From: Planctomycetota bacterium | GTDB taxonomy: Bacteria; Planctomycetota; Brocadiia; JAADGH01 | Reading direction: 5' to 3' | DNA length: 64,000 nucleotides | NCBI GenBank assembly: GCA_040755855.1 | Contig: JBFMAD010000001.1 | Coordinates: forward strand, 288,001 to 352,000 | In this document: positions 55,749 through 64,000 of the stretch, piece by piece | Numbering within the stretch: the stretch's first letter is position 1 | Layout of the letters: the number at the start of each line of letters is the position of its first letter | Program-made: the position numbers and the translations under genes | The notes under the pieces: generated by a model | What the model saw: only the letters and a program-made list of their open reading frames with translations | What the model was told of the DNA's origin: nothing | Database searches by the model: none

Positions 55749-56696
55749 ATGGCGATACTCATTACGGGCGGGGCCGGGTTTCTCGGGTCGCACCTGACGG
55801 AGCGGCTGCTCCATCGGGGCGAGGAGCTGGTCTGCCTCGACGACTTCAACGACTACTACCCCCCCGACATCAAGCGGAAGAACATCGCCCAGGTCCGGAA
55901 AAAGGGCGCGTTCGAGTTGGTGGAGGGCGACATCCGCGACGAGAAGCTGTGCGCCAGGATTTTCGCGGATATGAACATAGATAAGGTGGTCCACCTGGCC
56001 GCGCGCGCCGGCGTCCGCGCCTCTCTCGAGGACCCGATGCTCTACCAGGACGTCAACTGCCGCGGAACGATGCTCCTCCTCGAGATGGCCAAGCGGCACG
56101 ACGTCAAGAAGTTCGTCTTCGCCTCGTCCTCGTCGGTCTATGGGAACAACCAGAAGGTCCCCTTCTCGGAGGACGACCGCGTGGACGAGCCGGTCTCCCC
56201 CTATGCCGCCACGAAGCGCGCGGGGGAGCTGTTCTGCTACGCGCACCACCACCTCACCGGCATGCCGACCGTCTGCCTCCGGTTCTTCACGGCCTACGGT
56301 CCCCGGCAGCGGCCGGACATGGCGATCCACAAGTTTACGCGCCTCATCATGGAGGGCAAGCCCGTCCCGATGTTCGGCGACGGCACAACGAAGCGGGACT
56401 ACACCTACTACAGCGATATCATTGACGGCGTTGTGGCCGCGCTCGACACGGACGTGGGGTTCGAGATCATCAACCTGGGCGAGTCGAACGTCGTCGAGCT
56501 GCGCCGCCTGATCGAGGTCATCGAGGAAAGCGTCGGCGAGAAGGCCAAGATCAAGCAGATGCCCGAACAGCCGGGCGACGTGAAGATCACCTATGCCGAC
56601 GTGAGCAAGGCGAAGCGCCTGCTGGGCTACTCGCCGAGCGTGCACATCGAGGAAGGCGTCCGTAAGTTCGTGGAATGGTATCGGGAGAATTTTTGA
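55749..56696 (+). CDS. NAD-dependent epimerase (UDP-glucuronate 4-epimerase-like)
   Basis: TGGAGFLG, HLAARAGVR, SPYAATK, YGPRQRPDMA. Confidence 0.93.
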   Translation: MAILITGGAGFLGSHLTERLLHRGEELVCLDDFNDYYPPDIKRKNIAQVRKKGAFELVEGDIRDEKLCARIFADMNIDKVVHLAARAGVRASLEDPMLYQDVNCRGTMLLLEMAKRHDVKKFVFASSSSVYGNNQKVPFSEDDRVDEPVSPYAATKRAGELFCYAHHHLTGMPTVCLRFFTAYGPRQRPDMAIHKFTRLIMEGKPVPMFGDGTTKRDYTYYSDIIDGVVAALDTDVGFEIINLGESNVVELRRLIEVIEESVGEKAKIKQMPEQPGDVKITYADVSKAKRLLGYSPSVHIEEGVRKFVEWYRENF

Positions 56697-56723
56697 GCGG
56701 GGGAGCGGATCCGCTGGAGGTGT

Positions 56724-57959
56724 ATGGCAATGTCCTTTTGTACGATCCAAGAAGCCCTGGATGATCTCCGCCGGGGGAAGATGGTCGTCCTCGTGGACGA
56801 TGAAAACCGCGAGAACGAGGGCGACCTCACCATCGCCGCCGAGAAGATCACCCCCGAGGCGATCAACTTCATGGCCAAGCACGGTCGCGGCCTGATCTGC
56901 CTCGCCCTGACGTCGGAGAAGGTGCAGCAGCTCGACTTGCCTATGATGACGACGCATAACCGCTCGCGCTTCGAGACGGCCTTCACCGTCTCAATCGAGG
57001 CCCGGCGCGGCGTCAGCACCGGCATCTCCGCCCATGACCGGGCGCACACCATCCTGACGGCCATCCGCGACGACTGCAAGCCCGACGACCTCGTCACTCC
57101 GGGGCATGTCTTCCCCCTCCGCGCCCGCGAGGGCGGCGTCCTGGTGCGCGCGGGCCAGACAGAGGGATCGGTGGACCTCGCCCGGCTGGCCGGCCTCAAG
57201 CCAGCGGGCGTGATCTGCGAGGTGATGAACGACGACGGCACCATGGCCCGCGTGCCCGACCTGGAGGCATTCTGCGAGGCGCACGGCCTCAAGATGTGCA
57301 AGATCGAGGACATCATCCAGTACCGTCACCGGATCGAACTCCTGATCGAGAAGCGCGTCACGATCAAGCTGCCCACGCTCTACGGCGACTTTGATCTGCA
57401 CCTCTATCGGTCGAAGGTGGATGACTACCTCCACCTGGCCCTGTGCAAGGGCGACGTGGGTAAAATGGAGAATGGACAGGTCAAGGCCCAGGAGGAGCCG
57501 GTCCTCGTGCGCGTGCACTCGGAGTGCCTGACGGGCGACATCTTCGGCTCGCTGCGGTGCGACTGCGGCGGGCAACTTCGCCAAGCCCTGCGCGTGATTG
57601 AGCAGGAGGGCAAGGGCGTGGTCCTCTACATGCGCCAGGAGGGGCGGGGCATCGGTCTGGAAAACAAGCTGCACGCCTACGCCCTGCAGGAGAGCGGGCT
57701 GGATACCGTTGAGGCGAACATGGAGCTGGGCTTCGAGCCGGACCAGCGCGACTACGGCATCGGGGCGCAGATCTTGCGCGACCTCGGGGTGACGAAGATG
57801 CGGCTGCTGACAAACAACCCGCGCAAGTTCACCGGCCTGGCGGGCTACGGCCTGGAGATCGTCGAGCGCGTCCCCATCGAGATGGACCCGACCGAGGAGA
57901 ACAAGCGCTACCTGAAGGCGAAGAAGGACAAGCTGGGACATCTGCTGGATGGGGTGTGA
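56724..57959 (+). CDS. ribBA: Bifunctional DHBP synthase / GTP cyclohydrolase II
   Basis: [43 protein letters not shown]. Confidence 0.97.
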   Translation: MAMSFCTIQEALDDLRRGKMVVLVDDENRENEGDLTIAAEKITPEAINFMAKHGRGLICLALTSEKVQQLDLPMMTTHNRSRFETAFTVSIEARRGVSTGISAHDRAHTILTAIRDDCKPDDLVTPGHVFPLRAREGGVLVRAGQTEGSVDLARLAGLKPAGVICEVMNDDGTMARVPDLEAFCEAHGLKMCKIEDIIQYRHRIELLIEKRVTIKLPTLYGDFDLHLYRSKVDDYLHLALCKGDVGKMENGQVKAQEEPVLVRVHSECLTGDIFGSLRCDCGGQLRQALRVIEQEGKGVVLYMRQEGRGIGLENKLHAYALQESGLDTVEANMELGFEPDQRDYGIGAQILRDLGVTKMRLLTNNPRKFTGLAGYGLEIVERVPIEMDPTEENKRYLKAKKDKLGHLLDGV

Positions 57960-57978
57960 GAAACGGAAAGGAAGAGCC

Positions 57979-58329
57979 ATGCCGCACAAAATCAAAATCA
58001 CCGCCGGACCCGTCGCGATGACGGCGCAGATGAACGACTGCGAGACGGCGAAGAAAATCTGGGAGGCCCTGCCCATCGAATCGAGCGCGAAGACCTGGGG
58101 GCGCGAGGTCTATTTCGACATCCCCGTGGACATGCCCGCCCAGGACGCCAAGCCCAAGGTCCCGTCCGGCTCGATCGCCTTCTGGCCCGACGGTAGCTGC
58201 TTCTGCATCTTCTTCGGCCAGACGCCCTACAGCCCCGTCAACGTCCTCGGCCGGGTGGACGGCGACGAGAAGGAATTCGCAAAAGTAAAAGACGGCGACG
58301 CGGTGAAGATCGAAAAGGCGGAGGACTGA
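57979..58329 (+). CDS. Cyclophilin-like fold protein (DUF369-type)
   Basis: IWEALP, WGREVYF, IAFWPDG..CIFFGQTP. Confidence 0.85.
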   Translation: MPHKIKITAGPVAMTAQMNDCETAKKIWEALPIESSAKTWGREVYFDIPVDMPAQDAKPKVPSGSIAFWPDGSCFCIFFGQTPYSPVNVLGRVDGDEKEFAKVKDGDAVKIEKAED

Positions 58330-58429
58330 GCGGAATTCGTAATGCGGACTGAAACCACAGACGAACCCGGCGCGGCTTGCGCTGCAACCAAATCCCTTTC
58401 AGGAAAAGACGATTTTGCAGGTTTGTAGT

Positions 58430-58570
58430 ACAGATAGACTCAGATGAATCCAGATGGGGAATCTGTGTTCATCTGCGTTCAGCCGTGATTCCAATCCGCA
58501 TTCCGTAATCCGAAATCTACAATCACTACCCCCTCGCCTGTCATCTACTACCCGTAACCCACAACCCATC
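58430..58570. repeat. Patchwork of short tandem/inverted repeats
   Basis: CAGAT 9-mers facing ATCTG 9-mers; AATCCGC-type heptamers; TAACCC-type heptamers. Confidence 0.65.
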
Positions 58571-58613
58571 CCGCCGGCATCGGCAAGATCAGGCCCGTGA
58601 ACCCACAAAACCC

Positions 58614-58629
58614 CGGCACACTGTTTGCT
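58614..58629 (+). promoter_or_regulatory. sigma54-like promoter 1
   Basis: CGGCAC-N5-TTGCT. Confidence 0.55.
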
Positions 58630-58765
58630 TTTATTTAATCTAAGGTCGGTGCATTTATGCACAGAGATATGCCCTCTTTCCGCTTGCGGAGCGGAAGGGG
58701 AGGCAAAGTTGATGGGTGGTATCCCATTTCTCCCCCCCCCGGACGGAGAGGGAAAATACGAAGAA

Positions 58766-58990
58766 ATGGACAAACAATTCAAAGTAATTAGACACATGGT
58801 CCACCGAGTCAAAGACGCCTGCTGTTTTTTTCGAAAAGATTCGCGCACGTGTTCCGCGTCCAACCAGCCTATTTTCGTCCCTCTGCGGGAAACCATGGAC
58901 AGGTATTGTGCCCCGGAAGGGGCGTTTCGGGGCTGTCCGTTGTACACAAGCAGGCAACGCAAAGTGGATGAAGGACCCGAGGAGCCATAG
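58766..58990 (+). CDS. Small Cys-rich hypothetical protein (74 aa)
   Basis: ACCFF..TC....YC....GCPLY; purine-rich RBS region; downstream of a sigma54-like site. Confidence 0.55.
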   Translation: MDKQFKVIRHMVHRVKDACCFFRKDSRTCSASNQPIFVPLRETMDRYCAPEGAFRGCPLYTSRQRKVDEGPEEP

Positions 58991-59021
58991 AAGGCCCCTA
59001 AAAAACATCCGCTCCTCGGAG

Positions 59022-59037
59022 TGGCACAGTAATTGCT
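59022..59037 (+). promoter_or_regulatory. sigma54 promoter 2 (consensus)
   Basis: TGGCAC-N5-TTGCT. Confidence 0.7.
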
Positions 59038-59126
59038 TTTTCACTTAACGGGTGGCAGACAACCTGGCGGATGCAGGAGGAGCAGCCAACAACAGAAGCT
59101 CAGGGATGAGAAAGGGGCAGGGCAAT

Positions 59127-59142
59127 TGGGACGTGGTTTGCA
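59127..59142 (+). promoter_or_regulatory. sigma54-like promoter 3
   Basis: TGGGAC-N5-TTGCA. Confidence 0.4.
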
Positions 59143-59249
59143 TGGTTTCGGATAAGCCCTCCTGCCGCCAAAAACCGGAACCTGCAAGCCACGTTCACAG
59201 AGAAAAGGGATGGCATGGGCCCCTCGGGGGGCGGAACGGAGAATGAGCG

Positions 59250-59486
59250 ATGATCGCAACCACACGAATCGTGCCTGTCAGAACGGCGAGCGCAAGCCGG
59301 CCGATCTCCCGAAGCCGGAGGAGATCCAGAAACCGGAGGATTGTTCCGCACAGAGGCCACCCGGAAAACGGGAAGCGATACCAGATCGCCGAGATCTTCA
59401 ACATAGAGGACGACGACTATGACGAGATGGATGTCCTTCTGGATCACGTCCTGCGAAGGGGATCAATAAAGGGACGAACCCTGTAG
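59250..59486 (+). CDS. Small hypothetical protein (basic N-half, acidic C-half)
   Basis: GGAG upstream; same orientation as the operon; no recognisable family. Confidence 0.4.
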   Translation: MIATTRIVPVRTASASRPISRSRRRSRNRRIVPHRGHPENGKRYQIAEIFNIEDDDYDEMDVLLDHVLRRGSIKGRTL

Positions 59487-59638
59487 CAGGGGCAGGCCGG
59501 GGGGGGGGCAAGTGAAGAAATTGATCTTCGCATGGGGTCGAGCCGAATGACGTTGCAGTCATTCGCAAAAATGGATGTTGTTCCCCCCCACAACATCCAG
59601 CTCGGCCTCATGCGAGTTTTCTTGATCGGAGCACGAAA

Positions 59639-60133
59639 ATGACAGCGCGACATGCGGAAAAGATACTGATCCCAACGGATTACTCCCACGAATCCATGGC
59701 CGGCCTGACCGTGGGGATTCGCCGGGCTTGTGAATCCGGCGCAACGCTTCTGGTCATGCATGTCCTCGAGACGCATTGGTACGACGTGAATGGCGTCGCC
59801 TACACCATCGGCACCTTGACGGAAGAGAATTGGGTCCATGCCCGGAAGGAACTGGACGACCTCTGCGAAGTCATACGGCAAACCGACCTTCGAGTGATTT
59901 CCATACTCCGCCATGGGGCCGTGGCCGAGGAAATCCTCAAGGCGGTGGAGGACTACCAGGTGGACCTCATCCTTATGTCCTCCGGGGGCGAGACCAACCG
60001 TCCCGTCGGCAAAACGACGGCCCGCGTCCTCGAAAAGGCCTCGTGCGAGGTATGGAGCGTCAAGGGACGCCTCCCTGCCCGCCGTGTGCAGGCCTCGGTG
60101 CGCCGCGCCATCCCTATCCCCCTGGCATGCTGA
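59639..60133 (+). CDS. Universal stress protein
   Basis: KILIPTDYS, G.VAEEIL, DLILM, VGKTTARVL.KASCEV. Confidence 0.88.
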   Translation: MTARHAEKILIPTDYSHESMAGLTVGIRRACESGATLLVMHVLETHWYDVNGVAYTIGTLTEENWVHARKELDDLCEVIRQTDLRVISILRHGAVAEEILKAVEDYQVDLILMSSGGETNRPVGKTTARVLEKASCEVWSVKGRLPARRVQASVRRAIPIPLAC

Positions 60134-60151
60134 AGGAAAGGAGGGGGGGGT

Positions 60152-61000
60152 ATGTGGGATTATTCCGATAAGGTCAAAGACCATTTCCTGCACCCACGAA
60201 ACACAGGCGTGATCCCAGACGCCGACGCCGTCGGCGAGGTCGGCAACATCACGTGCGGCGACGCGCTGAAACTCACCCTGAAACTCGACCAGAACGAGCG
60301 CATCGTTGACGTCAGGTTCCAGACCTTCGGCTGCGCCAGCGCCATCGCCTCCTCCTCAGCCCTCACCGAGATCATCAAAGGCATGACCCTGAAAGAGGCC
60401 GAACAAGTTACCGACAACGACATCGCCGAATACCTCGGCGGCCTTCCGGAGCAAAAGATGCACTGCTCCGTCATGGGGCGGGAGGCCCTCGAGGCCGCCA
60501 TCGCCAGCTATCGGGAAGAGAAGGGGCCGCCGCCCCACGAGGAGGGCAAGATCATCTGCACCTGCTTCGGCGTCACCGACAAGGTGATCGAACGGACCAT
60601 CCGCGAGCACCACCTGAAGACCGTGGATGATGTGACCCACTACTGCAAGGCCGGCGGAGGCTGCGGCTCCTGCCACCCGCAGATCGAAGAAATCCTGAAA
60701 CAAGTCGCCGGGACCGCCGAGGGGAAGGAAGCGAAGAAACAGGAGATACGAAAACCGCTCTCCAACCTCCAACGCATAAAACGAATTGAGGAGGCCATCG
60801 AGAAAGAAATCCGGCCGATGCTCCGACAGGACGGCGGGGATATCGAATTGATTGATGTGGTGGACCATACCGTCCTTGTCTCCCTCCGCGGCCAGTGCCG
60901 TGGCTGCGCCATGGCCGGCTTCACCATCGCCCAGACGGTGGAGAAGAAGATCCAGGAATATGTGGGCGAGCCGATCTCGGTAAGGGAAGTGGAACCATGA
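60152..61000 (+). CDS. nifU: Three-domain Fe-S scaffold NifU
   Basis: CGD, FGCASAIAS, KMHC; CTCFGV...GGGCGSC; DGGDIEL..GQCRGC. Confidence 0.95.
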   Translation: MWDYSDKVKDHFLHPRNTGVIPDADAVGEVGNITCGDALKLTLKLDQNERIVDVRFQTFGCASAIASSSALTEIIKGMTLKEAEQVTDNDIAEYLGGLPEQKMHCSVMGREALEAAIASYREEKGPPPHEEGKIICTCFGVTDKVIERTIREHHLKTVDDVTHYCKAGGGCGSCHPQIEEILKQVAGTAEGKEAKKQEIRKPLSNLQRIKRIEEAIEKEIRPMLRQDGGDIELIDVVDHTVLVSLRGQCRGCAMAGFTIAQTVEKKIQEYVGEPISVREVEP

Positions 61001-62166
61001 AAAAGGTTTATGCGGACAACAACGCAACGACCCGGGTCGCCCCCGAGGTCCTCGACGCGATGCTCCCCTACCTGAAGGATATGTACGGCAATCCGTCCAG
61101 CATGCACGATTTCGGCGGCGACGTGGCCAGGAAGATGGCAGCGGCCAGGGGCAGCGTCGCCGCCCTCCTCGGCGCCGCCGACGAAGAGATCGTCATCACC
61201 AGCTGCGGCACCGAGAGCGACAACGCAGCCATCCGCAGCGCCATCGAGACCCACCCCGAGAAGCGGCACATCGTTACCACCAAGGTCGAGCACCCCGCCG
61301 TGCGGAGCCTGTGCAATCTCCTGGCGAGCAAAGGCTACTGGGTCACGGAACTCGGCGTGGACGCAAAGGGCCGCCTCAATCTCGATGAACTGCGCGACTC
61401 GTTGCGCGACGATACCGCCATCGTCAGCATCATGTACGCCAACAATGAGACCGGAGTGATTTTCCCCATCGAGGAGATCGGGCAGATCGTCAAGGAAAGG
61501 GGCATCCTCTTTCATACCGACGCCGTCCAGGCCGTGGGCAAAATTCCCCTGAACATGAGGAGCAGCACGGTGGACATGCTCAGCCTGTCCGGGCATAAGC
61601 TACACGCGCCCAAGGGGATAGGGGCGCTATACGTTCGCCGCGGCGTCCCGTTTCGCCCGTTCCTCATCGGCGGCCACCAAGAGCGCAATCGCCGCGGCGG
61701 GACGGAGAACGTCCCCTCCATCATCGCCCTCGGCAAGGCGGCCGAGCTGGCCATGGAACACATGGAGGAGGAGAACACCCGCGTCAAGGCGATGCGGGAC
61801 CGCCTGGAGAAGGAGTTGCTCGCGAAGGCTCGGGGGGCCTATCTCAACGGCGACCCCGACGCGCGCCTGCCGAACACGACGAATATCAGCTTCGAGTACG
61901 TCGAGGGCGAGGCGATCCTGCTGCTGCTGAACGAAAAGGGCGTCGGCGCATCCTCCGGGTCGGCGTGCACATCGGGATCGCTGGAGCCGTCGCACGTGTT
62001 GCGGGCCATGGGCGTACCCTTCACGCGGGCGCATGGCTCGGTCCGGTTCAGCCTCAGCCGATACAACACGGACGAGGACATCGCCTACATCATCGCGCAT
62101 GTCCCGCCGATCATCGAGCGTCTGCGATACCTCTCACCCTATGGGCACGAGGAAGGGGCAGTATAA
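60997..62166 (+). CDS. nifS: Cysteine desulfurase NifS
   Basis: DNNATT, SGHKLHAPKG, SSGSACTSGSLEPSHV; ATGA coupling to nifU. Confidence 0.95.
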   Translation: MKKVYADNNATTRVAPEVLDAMLPYLKDMYGNPSSMHDFGGDVARKMAAARGSVAALLGAADEEIVITSCGTESDNAAIRSAIETHPEKRHIVTTKVEHPAVRSLCNLLASKGYWVTELGVDAKGRLNLDELRDSLRDDTAIVSIMYANNETGVIFPIEEIGQIVKERGILFHTDAVQAVGKIPLNMRSSTVDMLSLSGHKLHAPKGIGALYVRRGVPFRPFLIGGHQERNRRGGTENVPSIIALGKAAELAMEHMEEENTRVKAMRDRLEKELLAKARGAYLNGDPDARLPNTTNISFEYVEGEAILLLLNEKGVGASSGSACTSGSLEPSHVLRAMGVPFTRAHGSVRFSLSRYNTDEDIAYIIAHVPPIIERLRYLSPYGHEEGAV

Positions 62167-62307
62167 GGCGGGGGAAAGGCGGTCGGGAGTAAGGGGCAGG
62201 CTTTCCCCCGCACCGCCGTTTTCGCCTTGACCCCCGGGAACGACTCGCATACCATACACAGCGCGAGGTTATCATCGGCCCAGAGGGATGAAGAGGAGGA
62301 CGTGGAA

Positions 62308-64000
62308 ATGAGGAAGCTCCTGGCAGTCGTTATCCTCTTGCTTGCCGTGACGTCTTGCACGCAGGAGGATGTAACCTACGTCAAGCTCGTCCAGCGACTA
62401 ACCGATCTGGAGCATCTGGCCGTCCTGCCCGCCCCGGGCGAGACGTGCGCTCAGTGGTCGAGCTACGACCGCCGCAGCCGGTTCGACGAGGCGACCGGCC
62501 TCTATGTCAACTGGGACGCCAACGGCGACGGGGGCGGCGTGATCCGCAAGGAGGATAACGGGCAGCTCGTCTTTGCCGAGATGGAGGGGCCGGGCGTCAT
62601 CTGGCGCATCTGGTCGGCCCAGGCGGGCAAGGGGCATGTGAAGATATTTCTCGATGGCGCGACGGAGCCTGCCGTTGATTTGCCATTTGAAGGATACTTC
62701 GACTGCAAGAACAAGCCCTTCACCTACCCCGCCCTCGTCCATACCGCGGCCAAGGGCCTGAACAACTACGTGCCCATCCCCTACCAGAAATCGTGCAAGA
62801 TTGTAGCGGAAAATGATTGGGGGAAGTATTACCACTTCACCTACGCAACCTACCCGAAGGGAACGATCCTTCCGACGTTCAAGCGCGATCTCTCCCCTGC
62901 CGATCTCGATGCGCTGGCGAAGGCAAACGACATCCTGACCCGCTGCGGCAGTGACCCTGCCGGGGAGCGGCCCGGCGCGACAACGGAGACGAAGACCATA
63001 ACCGCTGCGCCGAAGGCAACGACAACCGTGGCCAAGCTGGCAGGCCCCCGCGCCATTACCGCGTTAAAGGTCAAGATAGATCTGCCCGAATCGCCCGACG
63101 ACCGCGACCCCCTCCGCGAGCTTGCGCTGCAAATCTCCTGGGACGGCGAGAAGGAGCCGAGCGTCTGGGCGCCCCTGGGCGATTTCTTCGGCACGGCCCC
63201 CGGCGTCAACCACTACAAATCGCTCCCGATGGGGATGACGGAGGATGGGTTCTACTCCTACTGGTATATGCCCTTTGCGGAGAGCGCGCTGATCGAGCTG
63301 GTGAACGACGGCAAGAGCGAACACAAAGTCAATTTGGAGATCACGGTCGCGCCGCTTTCCCATCCTGTCAAACAACTCGGTCGGTTCCATGCCAAGTGGC
63401 ATCGCAACGCGGACCTCGATCCGAAGCGCACGATTGACTGGACGATGCTCAAGACCGAGGGCCGCGGGCGCTTCTGCGGCGTCATGCTCCATGTGTGGAA
63501 CCCGCGCGGCAGTTGGTGGGGCGAGGGCGACGAGAAGTTCTTCATAGATGGAGAGCGATTCCCCTCCACCTTCGGCACAGGCTCCGAGGACTATTTCGGC
63601 TACGCCTGGTGCAATCCGACGCTCTTCGAGAACTGCTACCACAACCAGACGATCAGCATGGGCAACCGAGGCCACGTCTCCGTGAACCGGTGGCACATCA
63701 CGGACAACGTGCCGTTCCAGACGTCCTTCGAGGGGGCGATCGAGAAGTACTTCCCCGACACGCGCCCGACGCTCTACGCCTGCACCGCCTACTGGTATCT
63801 TGCGGCGGGAGGCGCGGATCATTACAAACCTGTCCCGGTCAATGAACGGATCGGCTACTGGTTGCCATTGCCTACGGTGAAGGGGCGGGTGGAGGGCGAG
63901 GATATGCGCATCCTCGTCAAGCCGAGCGGCACGGCGAACTGCCAGATGTTGAATGGGTTCGGGACCGGATGGAGCCTGGACGCGCACCTCTGGTGGCGCG
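62308..64000 (+). CDS. DUF2961 (GH172-like) lipoprotein, truncated at window end
   Basis: MRKLLAVVILLLAVTSC lipobox; QWSSYDR, GPGVIWRIWSA, WWGEGDEKFFIDG..PSTFGTGSEDYFGYAW. Confidence 0.9.
   Translation, partial: MRKLLAVVILLLAVTSCTQEDVTYVKLVQRLTDLEHLAVLPAPGETCAQWSSYDRRSRFDEATGLYVNWDANGDGGGVIRKEDNGQLVFAEMEGPGVIWRIWSAQAGKGHVKIFLDGATEPAVDLPFEGYFDCKNKPFTYPALVHTAAKGLNNYVPIPYQKSCKIVAENDWGKYYHFTYATYPKGTILPTFKRDLSPADLDALAKANDILTRCGSDPAGERPGATTETKTITAAPKATTTVAKLAGPRAITALKVKIDLPESPDDRDPLRELALQISWDGEKEPSVWAPLGDFFGTAPGVNHYKSLPMGMTEDGFYSYWYMPFAESALIELVNDGKSEHKVNLEITVAPLSHPVKQLGRFHAKWHRNADLDPKRTIDWTMLKTEGRGRFCGVMLHVWNPRGSWWGEGDEKFFIDGERFPSTFGTGSEDYFGYAWCNPTLFENCYHNQTISMGNRGHVSVNRWHITDNVPFQTSFEGAIEKYFPDTRPTLYACTAYWYLAAGGADHYKPVPVNERIGYWLPLPTVKGRVEGEDMRILVKPSGTANCQMLNGFGTGWSLDAHLWWR

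Noticed and set aside
60152..62166. Nitrogen fixation cluster
   Set aside because: nifU/nifS alone, with no nifHDK or other nif genes in the window.

Overview
A GC-rich (roughly 60-65%, estimated by eye) bacterial chromosomal window with about 50 densely packed CDS. The gene content (DUF4838, HzsA-like/HEAT exported proteins, sulfatase, DUF2961, PPi-PFK, futalosine pathway) suggests a Planctomycetota/PVC-like anaerobe; this is inference only. From left to right: blaI/blaR1-like pair with operator; FAD oxidoreductase, SGNH esterase and DUF1667; PMI-like cupin; an operon of four large exported proteins; two giant paralogous membrane-anchored proteins built of ~170-aa repeats, each with its own matching ECF-type promoter; mqnA-mqnC followed by an MTAP-family phosphorylase and a deaminase; a candidate stand-alone ~100-nt structured RNA; a sugar catabolic cluster (aldolase, GH38-like, lyxose isomerase, creatininase, FGGY kinase); a membrane spermidine-synthase-like/FHA/macro operon; TPM pair, galE-like, dNK, folK, UroD-like, pfp; a repeat-flanked accessory patch (ankyrin, DUF4258/DUF2283 TA pair, 44-bp palindrome); sulfatase, epimerase, ribBA; three sigma54-like promoters ahead of usp-nifU-nifS; and a truncated DUF2961 gene. 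I saw no rRNA, tRNA, CRISPR array or transposase. At least five unrelated REP-like or short tandem repeat families occupy intergenic space. All family calls come from motif recognition by eye, not database searches.
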